64,000 nucleotides of DNA, taken from positions 22,134,001 to 22,198,000 of the forward strand of contig OZ024755.1 of NCBI GenBank assembly GCA_964016885.1, in the 5' to 3' direction. Each line of letters starts with the position of its first letter. Position 1 is the first letter of the stretch. Positions 55,590-64,000 of the stretch are shown in pieces. The notes under the pieces were generated by a model. That model saw only the letters and a list, made by a program, of their open reading frames with translations. It was not told the origin of the DNA and ran no database searches. The position numbers and the translations under genes were made by a program. This DNA is from Eledone cirrhosa (Eukaryota).

Positions 55590-55632
<43 letters not shown>

Positions 55633-55985
55633 AATTTATGGTGGTATAACATTAAAAGCCATAAGTGAAAAATGAGTAACTTTATAAGAGATATTTTTTG
55701 CCCTAAATTCACCCAAGAATTCCAGCATGGCAACATCTCGTACATGAACATCTTATACCAAAAACATAACAGTGTGACTTTCATTGTAACCATTGAAGTG
55801 TTCTATTACAAAAGACTGTTATTTAAATCAGATCAACTAAAGTCTTTTCTGTTTTAGAATCTCTAAATTTTACACACACAAAGTACCAGGGATGTGTAAA
55901 ATATTGGAAGACATTTTAGTTGTATATTCCTTTTGATATGTCAGTGATATGTTGGTTAGTAGCTTTAGAATGTACACCAAATATA

Positions 55986-56018
<33 letters not shown>

Positions 56019-58478
56019 TAATTTAATATATCAACTAACATAAGCGCACAGATGTACGCTAATGCCAGCAAATACACAGGTTATGTCATAGTACCTAGGT
56101 GGTTCAATGCAGGAGGATGCAGAACAATAATATAAAAGACGTAAAATAAGAACATTTTTTTTTTTTTTTAAAGTTTAAAAAAAAAAAAAAAAAATTTTCT
56201 TATTTTACGTCTTTTATATATATATATATATATATACATACATGAAAATGTACACCAAATATAGCCTATATACACATTAGAATGCACACCAAATACAATG
56301 TATGTATATAAATATTAAAATATACACCAAATACAGTCTATCATCATCATCATCATCATCATCATCATCGTTTAACGTCCATCTTCCACGCTTGCATGGG
56401 TTTGGACGGGAATTTTCCCACTTGAGGCAAGATTGGTTGTCCTGCTCTTATAGGACTGTCTGGCGGGTTTTCTACGGCTGAATGCCCTTCCTAACACCAA
56501 CCACGTTTACAGTGTGGACTGGGAGGTTTTTACTGTGTTACCTACACGGCCACATTACAGCGTGGACTGTGTGTTTTTTTTGTCGTGACACCTACACGTC
56601 TATATATACATTAAAATATGCACCAAATACAGTCTATATATACATTATAATATACACCAAATACAGTCTATATATACAATAAAATGTACAATAAACACAA
56701 TCTATCTCATCAGTCAGTGGATTCAATTGTTCTTGTAGAAAATATACAATGAAGAAATTTTGGCTAATTCAGAAAAGATTGTTATCTTACTAAACAAATT
56801 TTGAATCCTAACACTTAAAATCCAGGGTTTGCTGCAATTTAGGGCTGAGGAGGATAAACGCTCCAAATATCAGTCACTCTCTGACAGGTTTGAGGTCGAG
56901 CTCATGGCAGTGGAGACTTCTGGTGTCCTTGGCCTTTGGATCACCTCTCTACTCACCACCATTGGCACAGTGTTGGCTACCCGCAGGGGTGAGCCTTGCA
57001 AGCTAAAATGGCTCCTCCAATGCATTTCCCTCACGAACCTTTGGGGAAATGCCTTCCCTGTTCTGTCTGCCACAGCCAAGGGGTGACCAGTGTGTGGGCT
57101 CCCGTTTGCTTATAATAGTGAGAGATGGGGAGAGAACACCAACACACACACACACACACTTGATAAGACACAAATAGATTTTACAGGAAGGAATATCTTT
57201 AAAAAAGCAATATAAAATGAGGCTTAACACTTAAGCAACACCCGCTAACACTAAGCAACACGCTCTAGGATGGTTAGGTACTGCTGATTAATCACTTCAC
57301 TTCCTTTGGCAATAATGACACACTCATACACACACACAGTTTTTTTTTGCGTATAATATGAGTTGAGTAAATTACGACCTCTGTTTCTGAAGCTAAACAT
57401 GACCTCAGAGTATAGCCATGTCTATTATTTAATCCATTGTTTAATACAAATATCAGAATCGTTAGAACGTTGGATAAAATGCTTTGTGGTATTCATTCTG
57501 ACTCTCTGCTCCCTGAGTTCAATTTCCCCCGAGGTTAACTTTTCTTTTATCCATTTGCGGTTGATACTAAAATGTACCAGTCTAGTACTGACACCGATTC
57601 TTCCTTTATATTTCTTTCTCACTTTAATTCTCTCACTCTCTGACCTTCTTTTGAAGAAATCTGCTGTATTCAGACCATGAGCACTATCACTAGAGAGGTT
57701 GTTGGTCATAGTCCCAACTGAAGAGCCCTAACTTAATGGTGTTAAGTTAAGTTCATATGGTTGCTTTTCACCTGGATAGTTTGTCAGTTTATTGCAGGTA
57801 ACAACTCTGGTACATGTTCTTGATAACTTAAAATACCAAGGCAATGTTTAAAGAAGGACACTGCCTCCAAAACACAATAAAATTGTCTGTTGTGGGTTTC
57901 AAGACAGTCATGCCAACTGGTTTTCTAATATTTTTATATGCTTAGCTGCTTCCTTTCCTTCTATTCACCTTTTCCTTTACTAATACAGATAACTGAAGGA
58001 AAGTTTGGGGAATGAATTTGGTTAAGGAGATAATAACGATGGGATTCTTATCAGTAGAAACCAGATTTTACAACACAGTTCACAGAATTTAATTGAATAA
58101 AATAGTTGCACCCTAATAAAATTACAAGTTATATACCCCAGCCTATATATAGAACAGTATGGTACAAACATACATTTCTTTCTTCTTTCCCCTTCTTTCT
58201 CTCTTTCTCCCACCCTCTCTCTCTCCTTCTTCCCTTTTCTCTCTGTTTTTCTCATTCAAATAATCTATTCCAGTTTCAAATTCTTATAGAGAACTTTGTT
58301 ATGTTTCAGAGTCTGTGAATAATAGGCCTACTTTGAGTAGTAGTAGTAGTAGTAGTAATGCGGGTGTGTGATGGTGCTAGTAAGAGTTTTGTGTGTTATA
58401 CCATTACTATACACAGGGTGTGTTAATTTAAAGTGAACCATGATTTCTGCAATATATCTGTAGGTTACATATGGATGC

Positions 58479-58521
<43 letters not shown>

Positions 58522-60515
58522 ATAGTAGAACACTAGTGGGTTATTTCTGTAGTAGTAGAGCACTCAGTCCATGGGATGAGTTTGCTAGAAGTAGTTCCAC
58601 AACAGTTAGTTCACTATTACCGAGAACAATTGTTTCATCTTATTTGAATCATCCGCTCGGTTTAAATGAGGTTATACGGAAAAGGAAAAACAATTGTATA
58701 AATACGCATGTGCAGAAACAATGGAAAACCAAAGCAAAAGCATAGAATTTTTTTTAGTCCACTCCCTTGCACCCACTTGGAAACATAACCTTTTACTCAT
58801 TTTTGCTGTCTGATGAAATCATGATATTGATCGTCATTGAAATATGTATCACAGCTTTATTAACAAAGAACTCTTTAACATCTACAACTTTGCATTTTCC
58901 TCATTCTAATTATATTCCATATCTTGAAGAAGATACATGACGTTGAGTGCTTGATTTGAATTACATCCTTATCTATCAAATGTATATATGAAAAAAAGGG
59001 TACCCCCCCCCCCTTTAGTCACGAATGACCATGAGATTTGCACCTAGTAAGTTTCCTTCTGAGGCACAAGTCCGGGCAAAGTTGTTTGTGGAAAACCACC
59101 AGTCACCCATGCATACCAGCCTCCCCTCTTCACGCCACCGATGATGTCCAAGGGAAAGGCAATGTCTGATACAGTTTGACATCAGTGATGTCGCAACTCA
59201 TTTCTACAGCTGAGTACACTGGAGCAACGTGAAATAAAGTGTCTTATTATTATATCATCATCATCATCATCATCATCAGGTTTAGCGTCCGTGTTCCACG
59301 CTTGCATGGGTTTGGACGGGGGTTTTCCCACTTGAGGCAAGAGTGGTTGTCTTGCTCGCATAGGACTGTCTGGCGGGTTTTCTACAGTTGGATGCCCTTC
59401 CTAACACCAACCACATTTACAGTGTGGGGCTGGGAGGTTTTTACCGTGTTGCCTACACGGCCACATTTACAGCGTGGACTGTGTGTTTTTTTGTCGTGAC
59501 ACCTACACGATCTCATTTGTTTCGGCCTGGATGTTGTGGGACCAACATAACTTTACATTGAAAGGGGCGGTGTGTATATATATGTATGTATATATATACA
59601 TATGATAATAATAATAATGCTTGCTTTATTTATTTATAATAATAATAATAATAATAATAAAGCTTTCTTTATTAACCACAATGGTTTACACAAAGTAGAC
59701 ATTAAGGACAGTACAGGACAATACAGGACGGTGCAAATGGGCATTTCTGCATGTAAAAAACAAAAAAACAGAGGATATGAAATTATTATATACACTGCTC
59801 AGGTGCACTGCAACTCATCACAGGTGTATGTATAGTACATAGAATAATATATATAGAATTAGAATTTAACTTCAGAACTATACAACAATAACAATTAAAA
59901 AAACAACAGCAACAATAATAACAACAACAAAAAAAGCCCCCCCCCCCCCAAGGAAAATCACCATCATCATCATCATCATCATCATACGTCCGCTTTTCCC
60001 TGCTTACGGATCCTATTCAGCACAGCATATCTCTCCATTCGTCATGGTCCCTCGTCATCTCCTCAGTGAGCTTCAGCGATCTGAGGTCAGCTCTCCTGCC
60101 TCCACCCATGATTTTCGTGGTCTTCCTCTACTGCATCTTCCTTCTTCTACTGGGATTTCTTGGCATTTCTTTACCCAATGGTCATCCTCCATGTGTATCA
60201 CATGTCCATACCAATGCAGTCTTCCATCCTGCACACTACAGCTTATCCCTCTTATACACAGTTTCTCTCTCTCAACTCATCTATTCGTGGTCATTCATGC
60301 ACATTGACATTGCACATCCAGTGGAGCATTGCTTGCTTCATTTCTCTCCAGCCATCACATATCCTCTGCAGTTGCTGCCCATGTCTCACTAAAAGAGAAT
60401 GGAAATGTTTTAAACGGAAAACAAAATCCAAGAATGTACTTACAGTTTTTCCAGATGCCGTAGATTTGAAAATGTACCAATGGCAATATTTTTTATTTTG
60501 TTTGATCGAAGATCT
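18892..60515 (-). CDS. PXDN: Peroxidasin, spliced CDS span (21 exons in window, 5' end not found)
   Basis: Manually joined exons total 4246 nt with consistent phases; domain order LRR-LRRCT-Ig x4-animal haem peroxidase-VWC is diagnostic of peroxidasin. Confidence 0.96.
19058..19242 (+). mobile_element. tRNA-derived SINE family A, full-length example
   Basis: Same structure; other copies near 5890-6250, 6950, 8280, 23735, 32450-32835, 33135, 38575, 39780, 41640-41980, 45220, 60742, 61360, 63841. Confidence 0.88.
20375..20848 (-). mobile_element. RTE-like LINE 3' end with C2H2 finger
   Basis: [11 protein letters not shown]...PKVLLYSQL...[20 protein letters not shown]. Confidence 0.78.
22102..22218 (-). 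CDS. PXDN: PXDN VWC domain, first half
   Basis: [26 protein letters not shown]; CAG/GTAAAC. Confidence 0.9.
23113..23381 (-). CDS. PXDN: PXDN linker exon with furin-like site and amphipathic helix
   Basis: DCQKSGEF...YRSRRSF...[25 protein letters not shown]; CAG/GTAAGT. Confidence 0.9.
23436..23656. mobile_element. piggyBac-like MITE
   Basis: TTAA|CCCTTTAGCATT...AATGCTAAAGGG|TTAA; sibling at 14219-14438 and relative at 45686-45909. Confidence 0.78.
24591..24799 (-). CDS. PXDN: PXDN peroxidase C-terminal exon
   Basis: [10 protein letters not shown]...[12 protein letters not shown]...W-SDCC. Confidence 0.95.
24995..25112 (-). CDS. PXDN: PXDN peroxidase exon
   Basis: [12 protein letters not shown]...[21 protein letters not shown]. 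Confidence 0.95.
25233..25599. mobile_element. pogo/Tigger-like MITE
   Basis: TA|CAGTGTACCCACAGCATTCG...GAATACTGGGGCGACAACTG|TA; related copy at 31768-32070. Confidence 0.62.
27718..29007 (-). CDS. PXDN: PXDN large peroxidase-domain exon (1290 nt)
   Basis: [10 protein letters not shown] (distal Gln/Asp/His), AGDHRANE (distal Arg, haem-ester Glu), AAFRVGHT (proximal His), NIQRGRDHG. Confidence 0.97.
29148..29381 (-). CDS. PXDN: PXDN peroxidase N-terminal exon
   Basis: IANLSGC...[20 protein letters not shown]...[15 protein letters not shown]. Confidence 0.95.
29474..30052 (-). mobile_element. Cluster of SINE family A copies
   Basis: Four partial or complete head-to-tail copies in one PXDN intron. 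Confidence 0.85.
30217..30483 (-). CDS. PXDN: PXDN pre-peroxidase helical (propeptide-like) exon
   Basis: [27 protein letters not shown]; CAG/GTAAGT, phase 1-1. Confidence 0.92.
30663..30910. repeat. About 65-70-bp tandem repeat family
   Basis: CTAAATAAGCTATAGCTTAGGACCACACACCCTTG...GTAGCCAGTGCTGGACTT x3-4; reverse-orientation relative at 22265-22430. Confidence 0.75.
31258..31524 (-). CDS. PXDN: PXDN Ig4 exon
   Basis: [20 protein letters not shown]...[11 protein letters not shown]; CAG/GTAGGT. Confidence 0.93.
32920..33075 (-). CDS. PXDN: PXDN Ig3, second half
   Basis: [23 protein letters not shown]; CAG/GTAAGT. Confidence 0.92.
33648..33764 (-). CDS. PXDN: PXDN Ig3, first half
   Basis: [38 protein letters not shown]; CAG/GTATGT. 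Confidence 0.92.
34680..34949 (-). CDS. PXDN: PXDN Ig2 exon
   Basis: [10 protein letters not shown]...ISWTKD...[11 protein letters not shown]; CAG/GTAAGA. Confidence 0.92.
35111..35820 (-). mobile_element. Tandem array of SINE family A copies
   Basis: Three full copies plus one partial, separated by AAAAGAAAATAAT or (AAT)n. Confidence 0.88.
35866..35916 (-). CDS. PXDN: PXDN 51-nt linker microexon B (putative)
   Basis: ttttgtttctttatacag acceptor, G|GTAAAA donor, phase 1-1, open: [17 protein letters not shown]. Confidence 0.62.
36323..36393 (-). ncRNA. Hammerhead motif family B, mirror copy
   Basis: Reverse complement of 36473-36543; sense to the PXDN pre-mRNA. Confidence 0.75.
36473..36543 (+). 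ncRNA. Minimal type I hammerhead motif (family B)
   Basis: TGTTTTAT-CTGATGA-AAAcACAAATATTAT..ATGATGTTTGTtTTT-GAAA-TGCGCA-TA-ATAAAATA. Confidence 0.75.
37891..37945 (-). ncRNA. Hammerhead motif family C, mirror copy
   Basis: Left arm of palindrome 37844-38277. Confidence 0.78.
38176..38230 (+). ncRNA. Minimal type I hammerhead motif (family C)
   Basis: ACTGC-CTGAAGA-GGTcACAGCCA aaga TGGCTGTcACT-GAAA-TATATA-TA-GCAGT. Confidence 0.78.
39304..39354 (-). CDS. PXDN: PXDN 51-nt linker microexon A (putative)
   Basis: ttttctctcactag acceptor, GTAAGT donor, phase 1-1, open: [17 protein letters not shown]. Confidence 0.7.
41245..41417 (-). CDS. PXDN: PXDN Ig1, second half
   Basis: [23 protein letters not shown] (DxGxYxC motif); CAG/GTGAGT. 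Confidence 0.92.
42425..42542 (-). CDS. PXDN: PXDN Ig1, first half
   Basis: [39 protein letters not shown]; CAG/GTAAGA boundaries. Confidence 0.92.
42716..43155 (+). mobile_element. (GAT)n-tailed retroposon, near-identical to 49243-49697 in inverse orientation
   Basis: Same 5' boundary ACAATGTCACTGGACC in (TA)n; further partial copies at 56340-56598 and 59255-59572. Confidence 0.8.
43845..43880 (-). ncRNA. Minimal hammerhead-like motif (family E)
   Basis: On - strand: TCTT-CTGATGA-aGGA ctagca TCC-GAAA-CG-TT-AAGA; a degenerate copy of the same family lies at about 37468-37503 (+). Confidence 0.6.
44297..44712. repeat. (GTA/GCA)n trinucleotide microsatellite
   Basis: Directly visible; a similar tract lies at 48215-48420. 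Confidence 0.95.
44917..45102. repeat. 54-bp tandem repeat, about 3.4 copies
   Basis: AATTTAATTCTTTATATTTTACCATTTTATTTACCATTTAATTCTTTATTT unit. Confidence 0.9.
46671..46828 (-). CDS. PXDN: PXDN LRRCT exon
   Basis: TAG|C TAC CTA CAT GGT AAT CCA; [16 protein letters not shown]...TCESP...FLC; donor GTAAGT. Confidence 0.92.
46806..47730. repeat. 42/45-bp minisatellite derived from the PXDN LRRCT acceptor and exon start, split by a SINE (46921-47367)
   Basis: Unit TACCAATGGATTACCATGTAGGTAGCTACAATATA(T)AACAT(AAT)A, about 11 copies. Confidence 0.92.
48908..49193. repeat. About 97-99-bp tandem repeat, 3 copies
   Basis: TATAAAACTGTGATCC...GACCTTAATGGTAACACCAGC repeated. Confidence 0.9.
50553..50624 (-). 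CDS. PXDN: PXDN LRR exon (72 nt)
   Basis: TAG|...|GTAAGT; [24 protein letters not shown]. Confidence 0.9.
50667..51320. repeat. (GAT/GGT)n compound microsatellite
   Basis: Directly visible; intronic, between two LRR exons. Confidence 0.95.
51462..51533 (-). CDS. PXDN: PXDN LRR exon (72 nt)
   Basis: AAG|...|GTAAGT; [24 protein letters not shown]. Confidence 0.88.
51619..51788. mobile_element. hAT-type MITE
   Basis: TIRs CAGGGCTGTCTTAACA / TGTTAAGACGACCCTG with a perfect 8-bp target duplication GTAATGGC. Confidence 0.88.
52930..53318 (-). mobile_element. CR1/L2-like LINE 3' end
   Basis: [11 protein letters not shown]...[21 protein letters not shown]; further copies at 22695-23070 (+), 40520-40965 (+) and 25800-26045 (-). 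Confidence 0.8.
54255..54326 (-). CDS. PXDN: PXDN LRR exon (72 nt)
   Basis: CAG|...|GTAAGT; [24 protein letters not shown]. Confidence 0.9.
54506..54616 (-). pseudogene. Tc1-like transposase N-terminal HTH remnant
   Basis: [37 protein letters not shown], then truncated. Confidence 0.7.
54875..54945 (-). ncRNA. Hammerhead motif family B, second locus mirror copy
   Basis: Left arm of palindrome 54837-55172. Confidence 0.75.
55064..55134 (+). ncRNA. Hammerhead motif family B, second locus
   Basis: Same sequence as 36473-36543. Confidence 0.75.
56845..57086 (+). mobile_element. RLE-type (CRE/NeSL-like) non-LTR element C-terminal remnant
   Basis: EEDKRSKY...AVETSGVLG...LLQCISL..WGNA resembles the KxxKY...ETxG...QRGNA restriction-like endonuclease tail; second copy at 39545-39755 (-). 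Confidence 0.6.
58805..58855 (+). ncRNA. Minimal type I hammerhead motif (family D)
   Basis: GCTGT-CTGATGA-AATcATGAT attg ATCGTcATT-GAAA-TATGTA-TC-ACAGC; predicted cleavage after AUC. Confidence 0.78.
60444..60515 (-). CDS. PXDN: PXDN LRR exon (72 nt)
   Basis: CAG|...|GTAAGT; [24 protein letters not shown]. Confidence 0.9.
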
Positions 60516-61651
60516 CTGAAGGAAAGAAAAATAGGGCAAGAAAAAAAAATTACTAAATGAATGAAATTTACTGTGGAATGAATTACAAGGGATTTTTTTT
60601 TTCATTTCTTAGTATTTTTTTTTTTAATTCACTAGAAAAAGACCTGCAAAGGTTAGAAAGAAATTAAGTGGGCATGCTCTGGTGGATGTGTAATGTCAGT
60701 GAACCATGTGGTATAAGTGAGCTGAGAGTTAGTGTGTATCTAATAATTGTTTCTACTTTTGGCACAAGGCCAGCAATTATCCAGTGTATTACTGGTACTT
60801 TATTTTATCGACCCCGTAAGGATGAAAGGCAAAGTTAACCTCGGCGGGATTTGAACTCAGATCATAAAGGGGCGTAACTCTATGCGTCAAAGCATGGCGT
60901 CCGACCCTCTACCGATACTGCCAATCCACCGCCCTAGTGTGTATCTAATAATATTGGTTAATAGAATGTACATCTTTTCACTACATAACACCAAACCTAA
61001 AGTTTTATTTAGCACCAATTTATGGAATAAATGTTTTGAATCGACAACAAATTTAGACAATTTGCTTTGAAATAAATCTACAGCAAGTGTTTATTTTTAC
61101 ATTAGTTTTTTTTATATCAAATCACCTGAAAATGCCCCAAGTTGCCACTGGTAAATAGTATCAACGATGGAAAGAGCAATGGAATTATTGTTTCCTTGGT
61201 CCAATCAGTACACAAATGTCTGAGGTCTTGTTGATTGATTTGATTGATCGAATATTTATCTAAATACTTTCCCTAAGAACCTTTGTTAAGTTATGTTCCA
61301 AAAAAACATTTGTTAATTATGTTTCAAAGAACATTTGTTATGTTCCAAACAGCAACTTAATAATTGCTTCCACTTTTGGCACAAGGCCAGCAATTATCCC
61401 AGTGCATTACTGGTACTTTATTTTATAGACCCTGTAAGGATGAAAGGCAAAGTTAACCTTGGTGGGATTTGAACTCAGACTGTAAAGGGCTGTAACTCCA
61501 TGCTGCAAAGCATGGCGTCCGACCCTCTACCGATATTGCCAATCCACTGTAGCTTAATAATGAAGAAAATTACATATTTTACTAAACCGTACCAAATTCC
61601 TGATTATTTTTTTAATTATTTGAAAATCATAAGAATGCTTTTAATTCGATA

Positions 61652-62150
61652 CATAGTAATGAAATAAGGAATAGGGGTACTTTTAGAGATATAGTAATGA
61701 AATAGGGGTACTTTTAGAGATATAGTAATGAAATAGGGGTACTTTTAGAGATATAGTAATGAAATAGGAGTACTTTTAGAGATATAGTAATGAAATAGGA
61801 GTACTTTTAGATATATAGTAATGAAATAGGAGTACTTTTAGATATATAGTAATGAAATAGGGGTACTTTTAGAGATATAGTAATGAAATAGGGGTACTTT
61901 TAGAGATATAGTAATGAAATAGGAGTACTTTTAGATATATAGTAATGAAATAGGGGTACTTTTAGAGATATAGTAATGAAATAGGGGTACTTTTAGATAT
62001 ATAGTAATGAAATAGGGGTACTTTTAGATATATAGTAATGAAATAGTAGTACTTTTAGATATATAGTCATGAAATAGGGGTACATTTAGATATATAGTAA
62101 TGAAATAGGGGTACATTTAGATATATAGTAATGAAATAAGAGTATTTTTC
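61652..62150. repeat. 29-bp minisatellite, about 17 copies
   Basis: Unit ATATAGTAATGAAATAGGGGTACTTTTAG. Confidence 0.95.
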
Positions 62151-64000
62151 ATTAGAAACATAGCAATGAAAGGGTTAATTCTACATTACTTCAGTTCATG
62201 TTATTGTTTGAAACAAGCAGCAGATAATTTGTAAATATTATGTTGTTTCCAGCAGAAGATTCCTCTCTTATCTATTTTATGATTAGTACTGACCCTTAAA
62301 AGTATCTTGCAACTTAAGACTTAATATTTACATTTTTATATACTACTATGAGTAAGAAACGCAGATATTAGGTTCTTGGTAAATCATGTTTCTGACCCAG
62401 TTTTGATTCGTTGCTGAAGCCATTTCACTTCACTTACATCATTAATGACTGCTAAGAAAGGCAGAATGATGACAACTTACCACATTTTACACTTTCTCTC
62501 AAAGTTAATATTACAGGTCAAATTTCACTGTAACCCCTTCATTATCAACATAACTAATGAAAGACATAGCCTATGGTTTACAAATATTATTTGCCTATCA
62601 TCAAGAATTTATAGGTAACAAAACTAACTTTTGATTATTAGGTTACAGTTTGGAGCATTACTTAAAGGTGGTGGTGGTGGTGGTGGTGGTGGTGGTGGTG
62701 GTGGTGGTTCTTCTTCTTCTTCTTCTTGGGAGGGTTGTGGGGGAAGAGTCTTCAAATACTCCTCCCAGTGGTCCTGTCAGAAACAACTGTACAGTGGGCT
62801 AGTCTCCTTGTCCTTATCCTGTTTCACCCACTTTGTTCTGAGGGCTTGCTCCTCTGCAGCCAGTAGCATTCCCTCTGTAGCTTTTTTTTAAGGTCTCCTC
62901 TTTTTAACCAGCCCCATGTCTGTGATCTTTACTATCACCAACCACTTTACAGAGTGCACTGGGTACATTTATCATGGCACCAGCACTTGAGGGATTGCCA
63001 AGTCATGACTGGAGGGTCTTCTCAACACTTTTTTTGCATGGATTCTATTACTGGAAGCCCTTACTAACATCAACCACTTTACAGAGTGTACTGGGTACAT
63101 TTTAGTATTGTATCAACAGTAGGGAGGTTAATGGTCATTGACTTCAATGAAGAGACCTCATTACCTTATGGGGCCCGGATAGGAAATATACCATGAGAGA
63201 GAGAGGGAAAGAGGGACAGAAGTCGATGAATAGATAAGAAACAGGAAAACACATATAAATATATATATATTTGTGTGTGTGTTATGATAAGTATATGCCT
63301 CTGCTCAGGGTTATAATTTATGTGTCGCTAATGAATTAATATATATATGTATGTTTACATTGATAGAAACTAGGGCTCCCCAAATATGCTAAACAATGAA
63401 GATTTCTAAAACAAAAGAGTAGTGTAATTGTTTGAGAACTTGGATTCAGGAGAAGAGAATCAAGTTTTTATCAGAGAGAGGAAAAAATGTGTTTTTTCTT
63501 TCTTTTTTGTTTGTTTCTTTCTACTAAAAGAAAGTTTTATTAGCTTGATATATAAAAACAAACATTTCCCACCACATTCTACCAATATCTAACACACAAA
63601 GATATGGTGTTGGAAATAACTGCTGCTGTTTACAATGGGAATTGAATTCACAATTGTGAGGTCGCGAGTTCGATTCCTGGACCAGGCAATGCATTACGTC
63701 AAGAAAGAAGATACTTTATTCCATGTTGCTTTTTCTGACTTGAGTTGTAATGAGTAGATAGTATCAGCAATTAGAAAGACCAATAGAAACATTGTTTCCT
63801 TGGTCCAATTCGATGAGCTCTACCCCATTCGGTAAGCATATAATAATTGTTTCTACTTTTGGCACAAGGCCAGCAATTACACAGTGTATTACTGGTACTT
63901 TTTTTTATCGATCCCGTAAGGATGAAAGACAAAGTTAACCTCGGCAGGATTTGAACTCAAAATGGAAAGGGCCGTAACTCTTTGCGTCAAAGCATGGCGT

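Noticed and set aside
61652-62150. CRISPR-like 29-bp repeat array
   Set aside because: Units are contiguous with no unique spacers, there are no cas genes and the context is eukaryotic
60516-64000. PXDN first exon (signal peptide and LRRNT)
   Set aside because: No Cys-patterned CPxxCxC exon with a phase-2 donor was found; it probably lies outside the window

Overview
AT-rich, repeat-dense animal genomic DNA. The SINE and LINE content points to a coleoid cephalopod, probably an octopus (inference). Two spliced protein-coding genes face each other tail-to-tail. (1) On + is a small three-exon THAP zinc-finger gene (6695-13948, about 155 aa) with a C2CH THAP domain, a DHSY HCF-1-binding motif and an EAALSL repressor-like motif. 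(2) On - is peroxidasin (PXDN), with 21 coding exons traced by hand from 60515 down to the stop at 18892. All junction phases agree, giving LRR x4, LRRCT, 4 Ig, a haem peroxidase domain with intact catalytic residues, a furin-like RSRR site and a VWC domain; the first exon(s) were not found and probably lie beyond the window. Introns hold tRNA-derived SINEs, RTE/CR1/CRE-like LINE fragments, mariner/pogo/hAT/piggyBac-type MITEs, a Helitron and minisatellites. The most striking non-genic signal is a set of short (TA)n-embedded elements carrying minimal type I hammerhead ribozyme motifs (CUGANGA...GAAA...UH with a palindromic helix III). Several are folded back into 290-430 bp palindromes, placing a hammerhead on each strand, consistent with non-autonomous Penelope-like/retrozyme derivatives. 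Other oddities are a minisatellite built from a PXDN splice acceptor plus exon start, and two 51-nt symmetric microexons between Ig1 and Ig2. All calls are from manual reading; no searches or folding were run.
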